DNA of 64,000 nt from Vicugna vicugna (taxonomy: Eukaryota). The stretch lies in the NCBI GenBank assembly GCA_013265495.1, contig MU057959.1, forward strand, positions 323,202-387,201. Reading direction: 5' to 3'. Position 1 is the stretch's first letter, and each line of letters starts with the position of its first letter. The notes below the pieces were generated by a model. That model had not been told where the DNA came from, did no database searches, and saw only the letters and a program-made list of their open reading frames with translations. Made by a program: the position numbers and the translations under genes. This document shows positions 13,080 through 24,260 of this stretch, in pieces.

Positions 13080-13720
13080 GGGAACCTCCAGATCCTATTA
13101 ACACCGGAACAATGAGTGCTTCTACTATTACTCTGCGGGCATTGATTGTTCCTCCAAAAAGGAATAAACACGGGGAATTAACGCCACCACACACGGATTG
13201 CTACTTGTAAGGAATTATGCGATTACACTGACAGTCAGTTGAAACAAAGGCTGGGCAGGTTCGTGAAGGTCCTGATAAGCCTTTGAGAATGGGCTGCACA
13301 ATAAAATCTTAGAAAAGACTACGCGGAGGGTGTGATAAGCTAAAAATTCAGTCTTCTACCTTCTCTCTCTCCGGACCTCAGCGGATACGCTCACACGGGT
13401 TTGTGCCGTGTGACAGATGACGTCAGTAAAAAAGATCCTGACTCAGATGGGGTATTTACTCGGCTCGTTTGAGCAAATGCGCCGTTGAGCTGAGTTTCAA
13501 GCATTCCAGACACAAAATGAACACAGAAGCGCTCTGATTCCAAACACCTCCCCCCAGCATGGGGTTCGATGTATCACTAATCAAGATTCATTATTCAGCT
13601 CTCAGTGTAAATCATTACCCGCACACTCTGACTGCTCCCCCTTAAGGGTAATCATGCCTGATTTATGTGTGAGGAGAAATAGAGTGTTCCGGTGGAACTG
13701 TCGATGCCTGAATTTTTATT
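13080..13720. promoter_or_regulatory. Candidate developmental enhancer (unique sequence, dense TF motifs)
   Basis: SOX AACAATG at 13108; MEIS TGACAG at 13229 and 13411; full CRE TGACGTCA at 13418; AP-1 TGACTCA at 13439; PBX-HOX sites GTAAATCA at 13607 and TGATTTATG at 13659. Conservation not tested. Confidence 0.4.
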
Positions 13721-14929
13721 TGAAAGAATAAAGGGGTAGGGGGACGTGGGAGAATTGCCCAGAATCTTGCTACCCAGCCTTTTTAGGAGTCCTCCTTGTT
13801 TCGTAGCTCAGTTACCTTGGCCACGTTGAATTTCATGATGTCCAGACATGGAAAGACACACCCAGATATGTGAATTTGCAAAGCTTCTAAGACCATTAAC
13901 ATTGTACAATAATAATGCTACGTGTTATTATTATTATGAATCTACCACCTACCAAACGTTAATTCTGACTCAGTAGCTGTGACAAAAGACTCAGGAGTTC
14001 GCACCCCTCACAGGTTAGCAGACATCTGGTCCTCTCCAATGTAGCCCACCGAAAAAAAGAGCCTTCACAGTTGGTCTTATCCAGAATGCCCATGACACAA
14101 TTGGCTCGTACGATATTTGGGGTATAAGATGTTTGGCTCACAGACATTCGGTCCATGCCAAAAGTTCCTCGAAATTTGGTCCTCTCCAAAATGTCCATGA
14201 GCAGATTTGGTCCATGCAGAGCTCTTGAGAGACAGACGTGGTTGCATGCAATCGCATATTAAGATCATCTCCCGGCCCCCAGACATTGGCAGTTTACCTA
14301 AGAGGACGGCTACACGTTTATTTTAAGGGAGCTCTTGAGTGGAACAGTGAGCTCTAGCAAAATACGAGCAAAAACCTTCATCAGCGTGCAGAACTCTGAG
14401 CGTCTGTGACACTAGAGACACGCTGAGTGTTAACTGTCAATTTAGTGTTGAAGAGCTGCAGCTTTGCAAATTGTTCTGTTAGAGGACGGAGTAGGTCTCT
14501 CCAAACATGGGTGTGAATCATGCTAAGCCTACAAAATGCGGCTGCTTCTTGCGGATACCGGGACCATCTCTCTCCAGCATTCTATCCACAGAGCTCAGGG
14601 GCTGAGGTGTGTAAGAGCAGTCTACCCCTAAATTGATAGAACCAGTGCTTGCAGGGAGCTGGATTCTACCGTGATTGTTTTAAAGGCACAGGGTCCACTC
14701 AGGGAGATTTCCATCAAGGGAATGGAAATCTGCACCACCCATCCGCTTAAGAAGATCCAAGGCAGGAAATGTGAAATTGGAAGGATCATAGTCCCCCTTT
14801 CTTTATTTCTGGACCTCATCATCTCAGACGGGAATGCCAGGGGGGTCTCCGCACGTGTTAGAGGTTTGCCGGATGGGAGAACCATTTCTGAGGGTTACCG
14901 TAACAGAGGGTTACGCGTTCCGGAATAGA

Positions 14930-15366
14930 GTTACCATCAGAAATTGGGTGGCTTATCAAAACAACAGAAATGTTTTTTTGTCTCATGATCACGTAGTCTA
15001 TGAGCCCAAGATCAAGGGGTCAGCAAGGTTGATTCCTTCGGAGGGCTACCACAGAGATCTGGTTCCATATTTCTATTTGGATTTCTCATGGTTTACTGGA
15101 AATCTCTGACATTCCTTCACTTACAAGATTATCCCAGTCTCTGGCTGCTTCTTTATACGGTGAAGTTCTTCCTGTATGTGATGTCTGTGTCCAAATGTCC
15201 CCTTTTAAAAAACACCAGTCATATGAGATTAGAGCCCAGCCTAATGGCCTCATCATAATTAATTCCATCTGAAACTATCCAATTTCCAAATAAGGTCATA
15301 TTCTGAAGTTTTTGGGTTTAGGACGTCAACATATGAGTTTTTGAAGGATAGAGTTCAATCTTTCAC
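14930..15366 (-). mobile_element. MLT1 (MaLR) solo LTR, MLT1B/C-like
   Basis: Contains 'gggtggctta...aacaacagaaatg...caagatcaaggggtcagcaaggttgattccttc...atttccaaataaggtcatattctgaag'. Confidence 0.8.
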
Positions 15367-15676
15367 GGTGCCTCACGGTGTCTTGTTACTGAACCAAACT
15401 TGAGTCCAGTTGCCTGGCATGCAGCAAAGCCAGTCTACTGACAGGGGTTGCGGGGAAGGAATGTACAGTGTTTATTGCAGGCGCCCAGCAAGGACAATGG
15501 GCAGCTTGTGCTCACAAGACATGAACTCCCCGACGGCGTGCAGGGGAGAGTTTTTGAAGGCAATAGTAGGGGTGGGGGTTGCAGGGGGCATGATCAGCCC
15601 CTGGACACTTTCCTGATTGGTTGGTGCTGAGATAACGAGGTGACAGTGTTTCAGCCATCTTAGCCATCAGCCTTCT

Positions 15677-16266
15677 TAAAAAAAAAATTTCAGTGTTTTT
15701 ACGGATTTTTTTGTTAAATTTTATATTTTAAAGATGTGTCAAAGTGTTTCTACTCACTTTTTAAAATATCTTTGTTGACGTAGAGTCAGTTTACAATGTG
15801 TCAATTTCTGGTGTACAGCACAATGCTTCAGTCATACATGAATATACATGTGTTCGTTTTCATATTCTTTATAAACATAACTTACTACAAGAATATTGAA
15901 TATAGTTCTCTGTGCTATATACTATAGACTTGTTGTTTATCTATTTTATATACAGTAGTTAGTATCTGAAAATCTCAAACTCCCAATTTATCCCTTCCCA
16001 CCCTCTTCCCCTCCTGGTAACCATAAGTTTGTTTTCTATGTGGGTTTGTTTCTGTTTTGTAAATAAGTTTGTCTTTTTTTTTTAATATTCCACATATAAG
16101 TGATATCAAATGGTATTTTTCTTTCTCTTTCTGGCTTACTTCACTTAAAATGATGATCCCCAGGTCCATCCATGTTGCTGCAAATGGCATTATTTTATTC
16201 TCTTTATGGCTGAGTAGTATTCCATTGTGTAAATATACCACATCTTCTTTATCCAGTCATCTGTCG
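15677..16266 (-). mobile_element. Young L1, 5'-truncated (ORF2 C-terminus + 3'UTR)
   Basis: ORF2 tail peptide [29 protein letters not shown] on the minus strand; TSD gccatcagccttct (15663-15676) / gccatcggccttct (16267-16280). Confidence 0.9.
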
Positions 16267-16519
16267 GCCATCGGCCTTCTGATCCAACTGGTCTGGGATC
16301 TATGTGCTAGTGGTCAGCAGTTTCTATCTGGTTGGGAGTCTGGTTTCTGTAAGAACAACTCAGGAACGTGCATCAGACAATGTTATCTTTGTCCTTCAGG
16401 GAGGAACTAAAGATTCGGTGACTCTGCCATATGGCTGATCTATTATTTAAAAGGATCCCAGTTTCCCAGCACAACAGTTATTCTGTGTTCCCACATGTTC
16501 ACATTTTCCTAACCATTAA

Positions 16520-16724
16520 GTCTTCCTTTTTTTTCTTTTTTTAATTGAAGTACCATCAGTTACAATGTTTTCATTTCCGGTGCACAGCACATCGTCCCAG
16601 TCATGCATATACATACATACATTCATTTTCATATCTTTTTCGTTAAAAGTTATTATAAGTTATCGAACATAGTTCCCTGTGCTGTACAGAAGACACCTTT
16701 TAAAAATCTGTTCTTATATGTAAT
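16520..16724 (-). mobile_element. Short young L1 3' end
   Basis: Poly-T followed by 'aattgaagtaccatcagttacaatg'; TSD ctaaccattaa at 16509-16519 and 16725-16735. Confidence 0.85.
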
Positions 16725-18109
16725 CTAACCATTAACTGTTGATCCAGTCTTTTGAGACTCAGGGGAGACCGGAAGCAAACCCTTTTCACTTCAAGGACAG
16801 GGGACACAGGGCGTGTGAGCTCATAGACCCAAGCTGGTCCCAAGAGGTCCCGCTCAGTTTCCGTCTCAATCTGAGGGCAGTCCAGGTGCAGTGGGAATCC
16901 TGCAGGAAACGACATGACAGGGGCCAGGGTGTCTGGGCTCTGGACGCAAATGTGAACCTTTAGCCTCTTTTGCGAACTGTCCTTTCCTATTTTTTTTAAT
17001 GCCCCCAAGTTTCAGTTAATCCTTACGAAACATTGCGGCCTGATCTCAAGGCCAGTCATGAAGATTCGCCACAAAGCGGAGGTCAGTGCTGTGAGGCAAA
17101 GCCATTGCCGGGACCCAGAAACTTTCCAGAAACAGAATTACCCAGTTGAAAAGCTCCAGTGGGAATCGGGGTCCCAAGTACTTAGTCGGGTCCAGATCCT
17201 GTACCCGTGTGTGAATGCCAGGCTTTCACGCGCAGAAACCGAGCCCCTCAGTTATCGGGATGTGAACAGACTCAGAAGCCAGCCCGTCCGTGGGACGCAG
17301 TAGAACTGAGTGGCGCTCGGACCGCAGGCTTGCTCAGTCTGTGCCCCGGGATGCACGCCCTTGGGTCCCGGATAAGCTGCTGGGTCTCATTATCCTGAAG
17401 GGGAAGAAAAGCGCTTCACTTTTAGGCTGTAAATGAAACCCTCCTCATTGTGGGCTAAAAGAAGGGGCATCTGGTGTCATCTCTTACCTCCCTGCTCCTA
17501 ATTCCTGGAGAAGTCATACACTATAAAATATATTTTGCTGGGTTTTGAACAGAATATTAACATTATCACCATATAATATCAATGTAGTGTATGTTGATAT
17601 AATTTATATACTGTCAACATAGTGTGTCAATCCTATATAAATTATAATATTTATAAGATATAAATTATATTATTATGATGAATTAATATTCATAAGTTGC
17701 TACTATAATCATATTAATATGATGGAGAAAGTCTTGTTGATGACAAGTTTATTTCAAGACAGACACCAAAAAGAAAAAAAATCTTGAATTCAAAATTTTA
17801 AAAAAAATATATTTTCATTCAAAATTACATTATTGACATATGGGGTGTGTAAAAAGGCTAATGACATGATTTCGTACAGAGCCAATCGATACATATGGTT
17901 CATAGTTAGGGCACTCCTGTGGTCAGGGTCAGAAAGAAGATATTTGCATTTGATGCCACGTGCAATATCTAGAATGTTTTTCCATGAACTATTTCTCTTC
18001 TACACAAATTTATCTAAAGTTTTATACTAGAAAATTGTGTGATATTTAATTCTGTCACTGGCACGCCAACAACCAGTTACGGGAAAAGCCAACAGGAATG
18101 TTCTCCAGA

Positions 18110-18313
18110 GCTATGCTGTCTGCTAGCATAGCCGTTATCTGTACATGGCTGCTTAAAGATAAATCCATTTAAATTGAATAAAATTGAATATTCGTCACTT
18201 CGAAGGCCACACGTCAAGTGCTCAATAGCCACGTGTGCCTGGTGGCCACCTTACTGGGCAGAGCAAACACGGAACATTTCTGTCATCACAGAAAGGTCAC
18301 ATGGGCAGCATCG
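18110..18313. mobile_element. MER3-like hAT-Charlie DNA transposon remnant
   Basis: Contains 'caagtgctcaatagccacgtgtgcctggtggccacc...gaacatttctgtcatcacagaaagg', characteristic of MER3. Confidence 0.75.
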
Positions 18314-18395
18314 ATCTACGTCATAGAGATTAATTCTGGTCACATGTTAACTTCATTTCCATCGACACTCAAATGTAAGCAGACACACACACACA

Positions 18396-18434
18396 NNNNN
18401 NNNNNNNNNNNNNNNNNNNNNNNNNNNNNNNNNN
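18396..18434. other. Assembly gap (39 N) after a (CA)n tract
   Basis: Run of N. Confidence 1.
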
Positions 18435-18829
18435 CCCCCCCGCTCTGGCTCTGGCTTGGCAAACGCTGATACCGAAATACCAAGTTCCTAGCAAGACTCA
18501 GGATTTGCAACCCCTGCAAAACAAGTCTGCAAATGAAACAGATCAATTCTTTTCATTAACAGAGGCCAACGGACCTTGAATCTAGTGAATTCCAGCTGTC
18601 ATCAATCTAATAAAATATTTATCTGTCTTCAATTGTGCAAAATGGTAAAAATAATGTTTTGATAAGAAAGAAGAGGAAAAAACGGGGATCAGTGGACTTC
18701 TGTTTTCCTAATTCAGTTCATCAGAAACACGAGTACAATGTGTTTCACTCGAATTTCATAGCTCAAATATTTTTACTAAAACGCAAGGGAAGTCCATGGT
18801 ACTGCAATTAAAAAAAAAAAAAAAAAACG

Positions 18830-19400
18830 GGCACAGCTTTATTCACAACTGCCAAAACTGGGAGGCAGGCAAGATGTCCTTCAGTAGGTGAGTGGATAAA
18901 TAAACTGTGCTCCGTCCAGACAACGGCATGTTATCTGCCTTTGAAAGAAAGGAGTTGTGGAGTCACGAAAGCACATGAGAAGCCTGAAACGCGTGGGGCC
19001 GAGTGGATGGCGCCGGTCGGAGAAGCTGCCGACTGCGGGAGTCCAGCGGGATGGCAGGAGGCAGAGCTTCAGGATGACTGCTGGCCCCGAGCTGCGGACG
19101 CAGGGGGCGTTTGTAGGGCAGAGGAGACAGCCCGGAGGATCCTATAATAGTGTCTTCTTGTCACCGTGTGTTTGCCAAACCCCACAGGATACACAGCACT
19201 GAGACTCAGCCTGTGCCATCTGCGGGCTGTGCGTGATGCAGACGTGTGCGTGTGGGCTCGCTGGTTGGAACCCATGTGCCACCTGGTGGGGGGGGGCGTT
19301 GACAGTGGGGGAGGCCGCGGTGGGGGCGTTCCGAGCGAATGGGAAATCTCTGCACCTTCCCTTCAAGTCTGCAGTGAGCATCAAACCTCCCTAAACAGGA
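18830..19400 (+). mobile_element. Old L1 (L1MC-like) 3' end
   Basis: Runs from 'cagctttattcacaactgccaaaactgg...aagatgtccttcagtaggtgagtggataaataaactgtg' to 'ggaaatctctgcaccttccc'. Confidence 0.75.
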
Positions 19401-19409
19401 AACTTTATA

Positions 19410-19922
19410 CTCAGCCCTCCTGACCTTCTTAGTTCCACATCCGTGAATTTAAACACCGTGGATCGAACATACTCAGGAAAAAAAAAAACATTTTTCAAAA
19501 AGTTCCAAGGAGGGGAGGGGATAGCTCAACTGGTAAGAGTGCATGCCTAGTCACGCACAAGGTCCTGGGTTCAATCCCCGGTACCTCCTCTAAATCTAAA
19601 TAAACCTAATTACCTCCTCCCCCCCAAATAAATTAATAATAATGATAATAATTTTTTTTAAAGTTCCAAAAAGCAAAACTTGAATTTGCTGCACTCCAGG
19701 AACTAAGTACACATCACTTTCCTGGCATTTATAACTGTTGACACGGCGTTTCCAGGTACCAGGCGTTTCCAGGTACCAGGAGATGATTGAAAGCTTGTGG
19801 CAGAATGTGTCAAGTTGTGGGCAAATCCTGCTCGATTTTGTGCAAGGGGCCTGAGCACCTGCAGATTTTGGCATCTGAGGGGACCCTGGAACCGGTTCCC
19901 GGTGGGTACTGACGGACAACTA
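19410..19922 (-). mobile_element. MER2-family (TcMar-Tigger) non-autonomous DNA transposon, interrupted by a SINE
   Basis: The end 'gcagattttggcatctgaggggaccctggaaccggttccc...tactgacggacaacta' is the reverse complement of the MER2 start; TA dinucleotides at both flanks. Confidence 0.7.
19509..19659 (+). mobile_element. tRNA-Ala-derived camelid SINE (Vic-1 type)
   Basis: A-box 'tagctcaactgg', B-box 'ggttcaatccc', 'aaacctaattacctcc' tail; TSD aaagttccaa at 19499-19508 and 19660-19669. Confidence 0.9.
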
Positions 19923-20324
19923 TATATTTTTCAGTGTTCAGTGTTATTTTTTTACTTTCAACAGCCTTTTATTTTAACTGCCCGGATCTTGAGACAAAAA
20001 TGGACCCGAGTATTTACTATTTCTCTTTGCCTTTCTCCACCTCTGACAATCCAGATTCCCCTCTGTTACTGTTTCTCTTCCCTCTGAAGACTTTCTTCTT
20101 AGCATTTCTTTTAAAAAGTACATCTTGGAGACAGTGGATCGTAGTTTTTCTTGAACTGAAGTCTCTTTATTTTGGCTTCGTTCCTGAAGGGCATTTTTCT
20201 GCTCAATAGAGACGCTGGTTTGACAATTATTTTCCTTCAGAACTTTAAAGAAGTTCTTTCAAAGTATCTATAAGATGTGTGTGTTTGTGTGTGTGTGTTT
20301 CCTTTGCAGGAAATCTACTGTTAA

Positions 20325-21150
20325 GAAATTTTTAAGTGTACAGTACAGTCTTCGTAACCATGATCTCAGTATTTTACAGCAAAAATCTCTACAACTCATT
20401 CATGTAGAAGAACTTGAACACTATACTCTTTAAAAAATTTCTCAATGGAGGGACTGGGGGTTGAACCCAGGGCCTCATGCATGCTAAGCACACACTCCAC
20501 CACTGAGCTACACCCTCCCCTGCAACACCATGTCCTTGAAATAGCAAGTCCCTACTTTCCTTTTCACCCCAGGCCCGGGCAACCACCATCCTGCTCTCTG
20601 CTTCCACGAGCTGGACTATTTACACCCCTCATATGAGTGAAATCGTGTAGTCCGCTCCAAAGAAGACATACAGGTGGCCAACGGGCACGTGAACATCACT
20701 CAGCATCCGAGGAATGCACGTGAGAACCACAGTGCGGTATCAGCTCACCCCTGCCAGGATGACTATTAAAAAAGAAAAAAAGGGTAGCACACGTTGGTGA
20801 GGATGTGCAGACATGGGAGGCGTCGTGCCCTGCTGGTGGGAATGTAAAATTAAAAACAGAACTACCGTCTGCTCTGACAATCCCCCTTCTGGGTTTACAT
20901 CCAGAAGAATTTAATTCAAAATCCTGGAGACTTGTCTGCAACCCCCACAGTCACTGCATCACTGTGGATGTGCACACTACCAAGACGTGGAAACCACCTG
21001 CACGTCCGTGCATGGATGCAGACAGTGTGGTGCACGCGTACAATGGGACACTCTCCAGCCTGCAAATAAGGAGGAAAAGCTGCCGTCGGGGTCAGCATCG
21101 ATGAGCCCTGAGCACATCAGGCCATCTGAGGCGGCCGATCACAGAGCGCC
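20325..21150. mobile_element. Older L1 (L1MA/L1MB-like) with a 5' inversion
   Basis: 3'UTR on the minus strand at ~20325-20650, then the ORF2 end on the plus strand at ~20654-21150 ('ctccaaagaagacatacaggtggccaac...ctgctggtgggaatgtaaaatt'). Confidence 0.7.
20430..20520 (-). mobile_element. Vic-1-type SINE (short)
   Basis: Reverse complement reads ggggagggtgtagctcagtggtggagtgtgtgcttagcatgcatgaggccctgggttcaacccccagtccctcc. Confidence 0.88.
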
Positions 21151-23597
21151 TCTCCGTGCTTTGACGAAACCCCTGCGCGCGTGCAAACCCTGCGTCTCTG
21201 ACAGCAGCGTGGTGTCACAGTCCGTGCCTGCGTCACGGTCATTTCCCTACTTCTCTGTCTGGCAGTTCGGTGAAGGTATGTGTGACCACTGTTGTCTCAG
21301 ATTCCATCCTGACTTCTTCTGTGTTTCCTTCACCCATTTGGGAAAGTTCATGGGTCTTATTTCTTCCTCTTTTTTTTTTTTTTTGGCTCTCTGCACCCAC
21401 TTCTGTCCTCTCTCCTGGACCTTCAAGGGCAAGAACATTAGCCCACTTGGTATTACCCCACACATTCATTCTTTTCCCCATCTCTCATATTTTTCTTCAT
21501 CTTTCGTCGTTCAGCCTGGGTAATTTGCATCGATTATCTGCAAGTTCGCTGTGTCTCTCCTCCGGGTCCACCACTGCGCCGCCCTTCTAATGGAAACACT
21601 GAACTCTTATCATAATGGTCATCCCTACCCTTTCCTCCTGGTTCTGTTTTATCGTCTCTATTCCTAAGTTATGACTCCTGTGTTTCCTTTCTTAGAACAG
21701 GGCTGTCCTGGTTGCTTCAAAAGCTCTGTCTCATGATTACGACTCCTGGGTCTTGTTGGAGCCGACCCGTGTGGACCGCCTTTCCTCTGGATCGCTGTTG
21801 GGACTGTTGCGATATTCTGGATGTGAGATCCTTTTGCATTAAACCCTGGACATTTGGAAGACTGCACTCCTGAGACAGGAGGTCCAGTTAAATCTGGATT
21901 GGGGGGTGGGGGCGGTGGGGATACCTTTTTGTTTAGTTGTAGCATGTAATTGACATAGTTTCAGATCACACATTCTGACTTGCCTTTAGGGGCAGTGGGT
22001 CCAACTGAAGTTTAGTTTCCCAAGACTGCACTGGCAATTTGCGTCTGTCCCCAGTGGGTACCTCCTCAGGGCTGGTCTGGTTTCTGGGTGGTGGCTTCCG
22101 TCCACCACAGTGTTCATAGCCTTTGCTCTGCCAATTACAACCCCTCCACGTAAGCGGAGCTCCAGGCCAGCCAGGGCAGCCCTCCCAAGGTCCAAGAGTC
22201 CCTTACTCCATCCCCATCCTGTCCATCATCCACCCTCTTCAGCTCACAGGGACCCCTTTTCCTGGTGCTCAAGCTGGAAAACCAGGGTTTTAAATTCCAT
22301 TTGTGTGGCTTCATTTCTATGGCCAGGTACTCCCAAGACAGACTGGCCAGGGAAGCGGTGAGCCTGGGGTTGCGGGTGGAGTTGCACCCATTGTCCCCGT
22401 GGTTGGTGCCAAATCTCGGTCCCAGGAGCTTGCTGGAGGAGCGCTGGCACAGAGCCGTGAGCTATGCCCTGCAGGGTCCCTGTGTCCCGGTCTCTGATGC
22501 GATAAAGAGGGTTCCTTGGTTCTTTCACTCTCCGTGTCCGCTGTGCAGTTCTGGGGGTCTAGCCGGCCGCAAGCCGGGAGACACAGTAGGAGAAGCAGAG
22601 GGAACCCACTGGGGATGGTGCTCTTGGAGTCTTGCATTCCTTCTCCAGTCTCTTCCTTACTCCTTGCTTTTAAGAGTCCTTGTGTCATGACTTGATGTAT
22701 TCGGTCCAAGGTTGACTTGGTACGGGAGCCTGTGCTGGGGCGGGGCGTGTCCACTCCACCCTAATCTGCCCTCCTTTGGGGCGTGCACCCTGCTCCCCAA
22801 GCCCTTCCCTCGTAGCTGATTCCACGGGCTTAGAGGGGATGGCCTCATCGAATACTTAGCTACTGAAGCTGAACACGGACCTGCACCTCTGCGTTCACCT
22901 GGAATTTAATTCTGAGAAGGTCCTCAGATCAGGAGGACCTGAAAGCTGACCTGAAAATGTAAGTCCTCCACAGCAAGGCCCCAGCCATCTCCTCCTTCTC
23001 TTGTTCAGCATCAGACGTGCGGCGTACGACTGTTCCTCAGAATCAGCAATCTCCTGCCAAAGCCAAAAGGCCAGTGTTTTCGTTTTTTGAAAGTCACAGA
23101 AAATCTCTTCCTCGGGTTCCAGTTTCTGCCTTCAGTTCACCCATTTTCAGCTTAAGATGCTATTCAATATACACCAGTCTAATTTGGATCAAATGATAAA
23201 GACCGTGTTATTCAAACTGGCTCCAGAGTTGCCTCTGGCTTTGTAACATCGTTCAAGTGTAATGAGAAATGCTGGCAATGAACGTGTGTGTGTGGTGCTC
23301 CCTTCCCAGACAGCAAGAAGGAGGACGTGGCTGGGTGATCTGGTTTATAATAAGAAGGGCCTGCTCAGTCTGCAGGCAGGTCAGCCTCCAGTGGAGGGGC
23401 GGGGCCCTCCCTCCCGGCCAGGCGGTGCTCACGGCTCTGATACAGCCAAGGTGCAGAGCTCCCGCCAAGGCTCGCCTGCACCTTGAGCAGCAGAGCCCAT
23501 GCATCCCAGACACTCACCTTTGAACGTTTCCAGCAGGCATTTATGTTTGAATGTCTTGATCTGCCTTTTTTTGCTATTCATGCACACCACTGACTTT

Positions 23598-23785
23598 GAA
23601 AGGAAGACAGAGAAAGAGGGAAGGAAGAGAAAGAAATGAAGGAAGGATGGAAAGTAAGGGAGACAGAGAGAAAGACAAAGATGAAAGAAAGAGAAAGATG
23701 AAAGAAAGAAAAGGAAAAGAAAAGGGAAGAAAAGAAAAAGAAGGAAAGAAAGAAAGAAAAGAAAAGAAAAGAAAAAAGAAGACTT
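23598..23785. repeat. GA-rich low-complexity tract
   Basis: Directly visible (GAAA/GGAA/GAAAA). Confidence 0.9.
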
Positions 23786-23849
23786 TCCCAAAGAAGTCTT
23801 TATAGCTATTATTCAAAAGACCAAGGAAGGCTAAACCCTTCCGACCCCC

Positions 23850-24260
23850 AGGAGGGGAGGCGTCTGTGCCTCTCGTCCTGGGCACCGCCTGCCTTTTCAT
23901 CAGCACCCGGGCAGCCATAGCCAGGCGGGGCGGCCCCGCCAGGCACGCACCTGCGCACGGCGGCGGCACAGCAGCCCGCCTGTAATTTGATACGATGGCT
24001 TTTGTTACTAAACCAGCCCTGCGTCCCCCCAGCCCGCACTCTGCTGAAGTGGAAAATAGGCCTCAGGGGTTGTGCTTTTTTTCTCCCAACCTGGAGTTAT
24101 TTTTAGGGGGTGTAAATATTTAAGAGCCTCTGTGTCATATCAGTGCTTCCTTCACAGGCCTGCTTTTGTCCCTGCCTGGCCAGAGAAGCCCGTGGAACCA
24201 AATGCTGTCAATAATTCCTCGCTTCTCTTTGGAGACGTTGGCCAAGGGCATCAACCGCCC
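23850..24260. promoter_or_regulatory. Small CpG-rich, enhancer-like unique block
   Basis: CpG cluster at ~23860-24040 with GC box GGGGCGG, adjacent 'ctgtaatttgatacgatggcttttgtt' and CTGTCA (MEIS) at 24205; no repeat recognised. Confidence 0.35.

Larger units (their letters stand above)
15384..16862 (-). mobile_element. ERV1-type solo LTR split into three pieces by two L1 insertions
   Basis: Starts TGTTACTGAACC and ends CTCAGTTTCC; a 4-bp direct repeat GTCT flanks it (15380-15383, 16863-16866), the TSD length typical of ERV1. LTR pieces are 15384-15676, 16267-16519 and 16725-16862. Confidence 0.7.
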
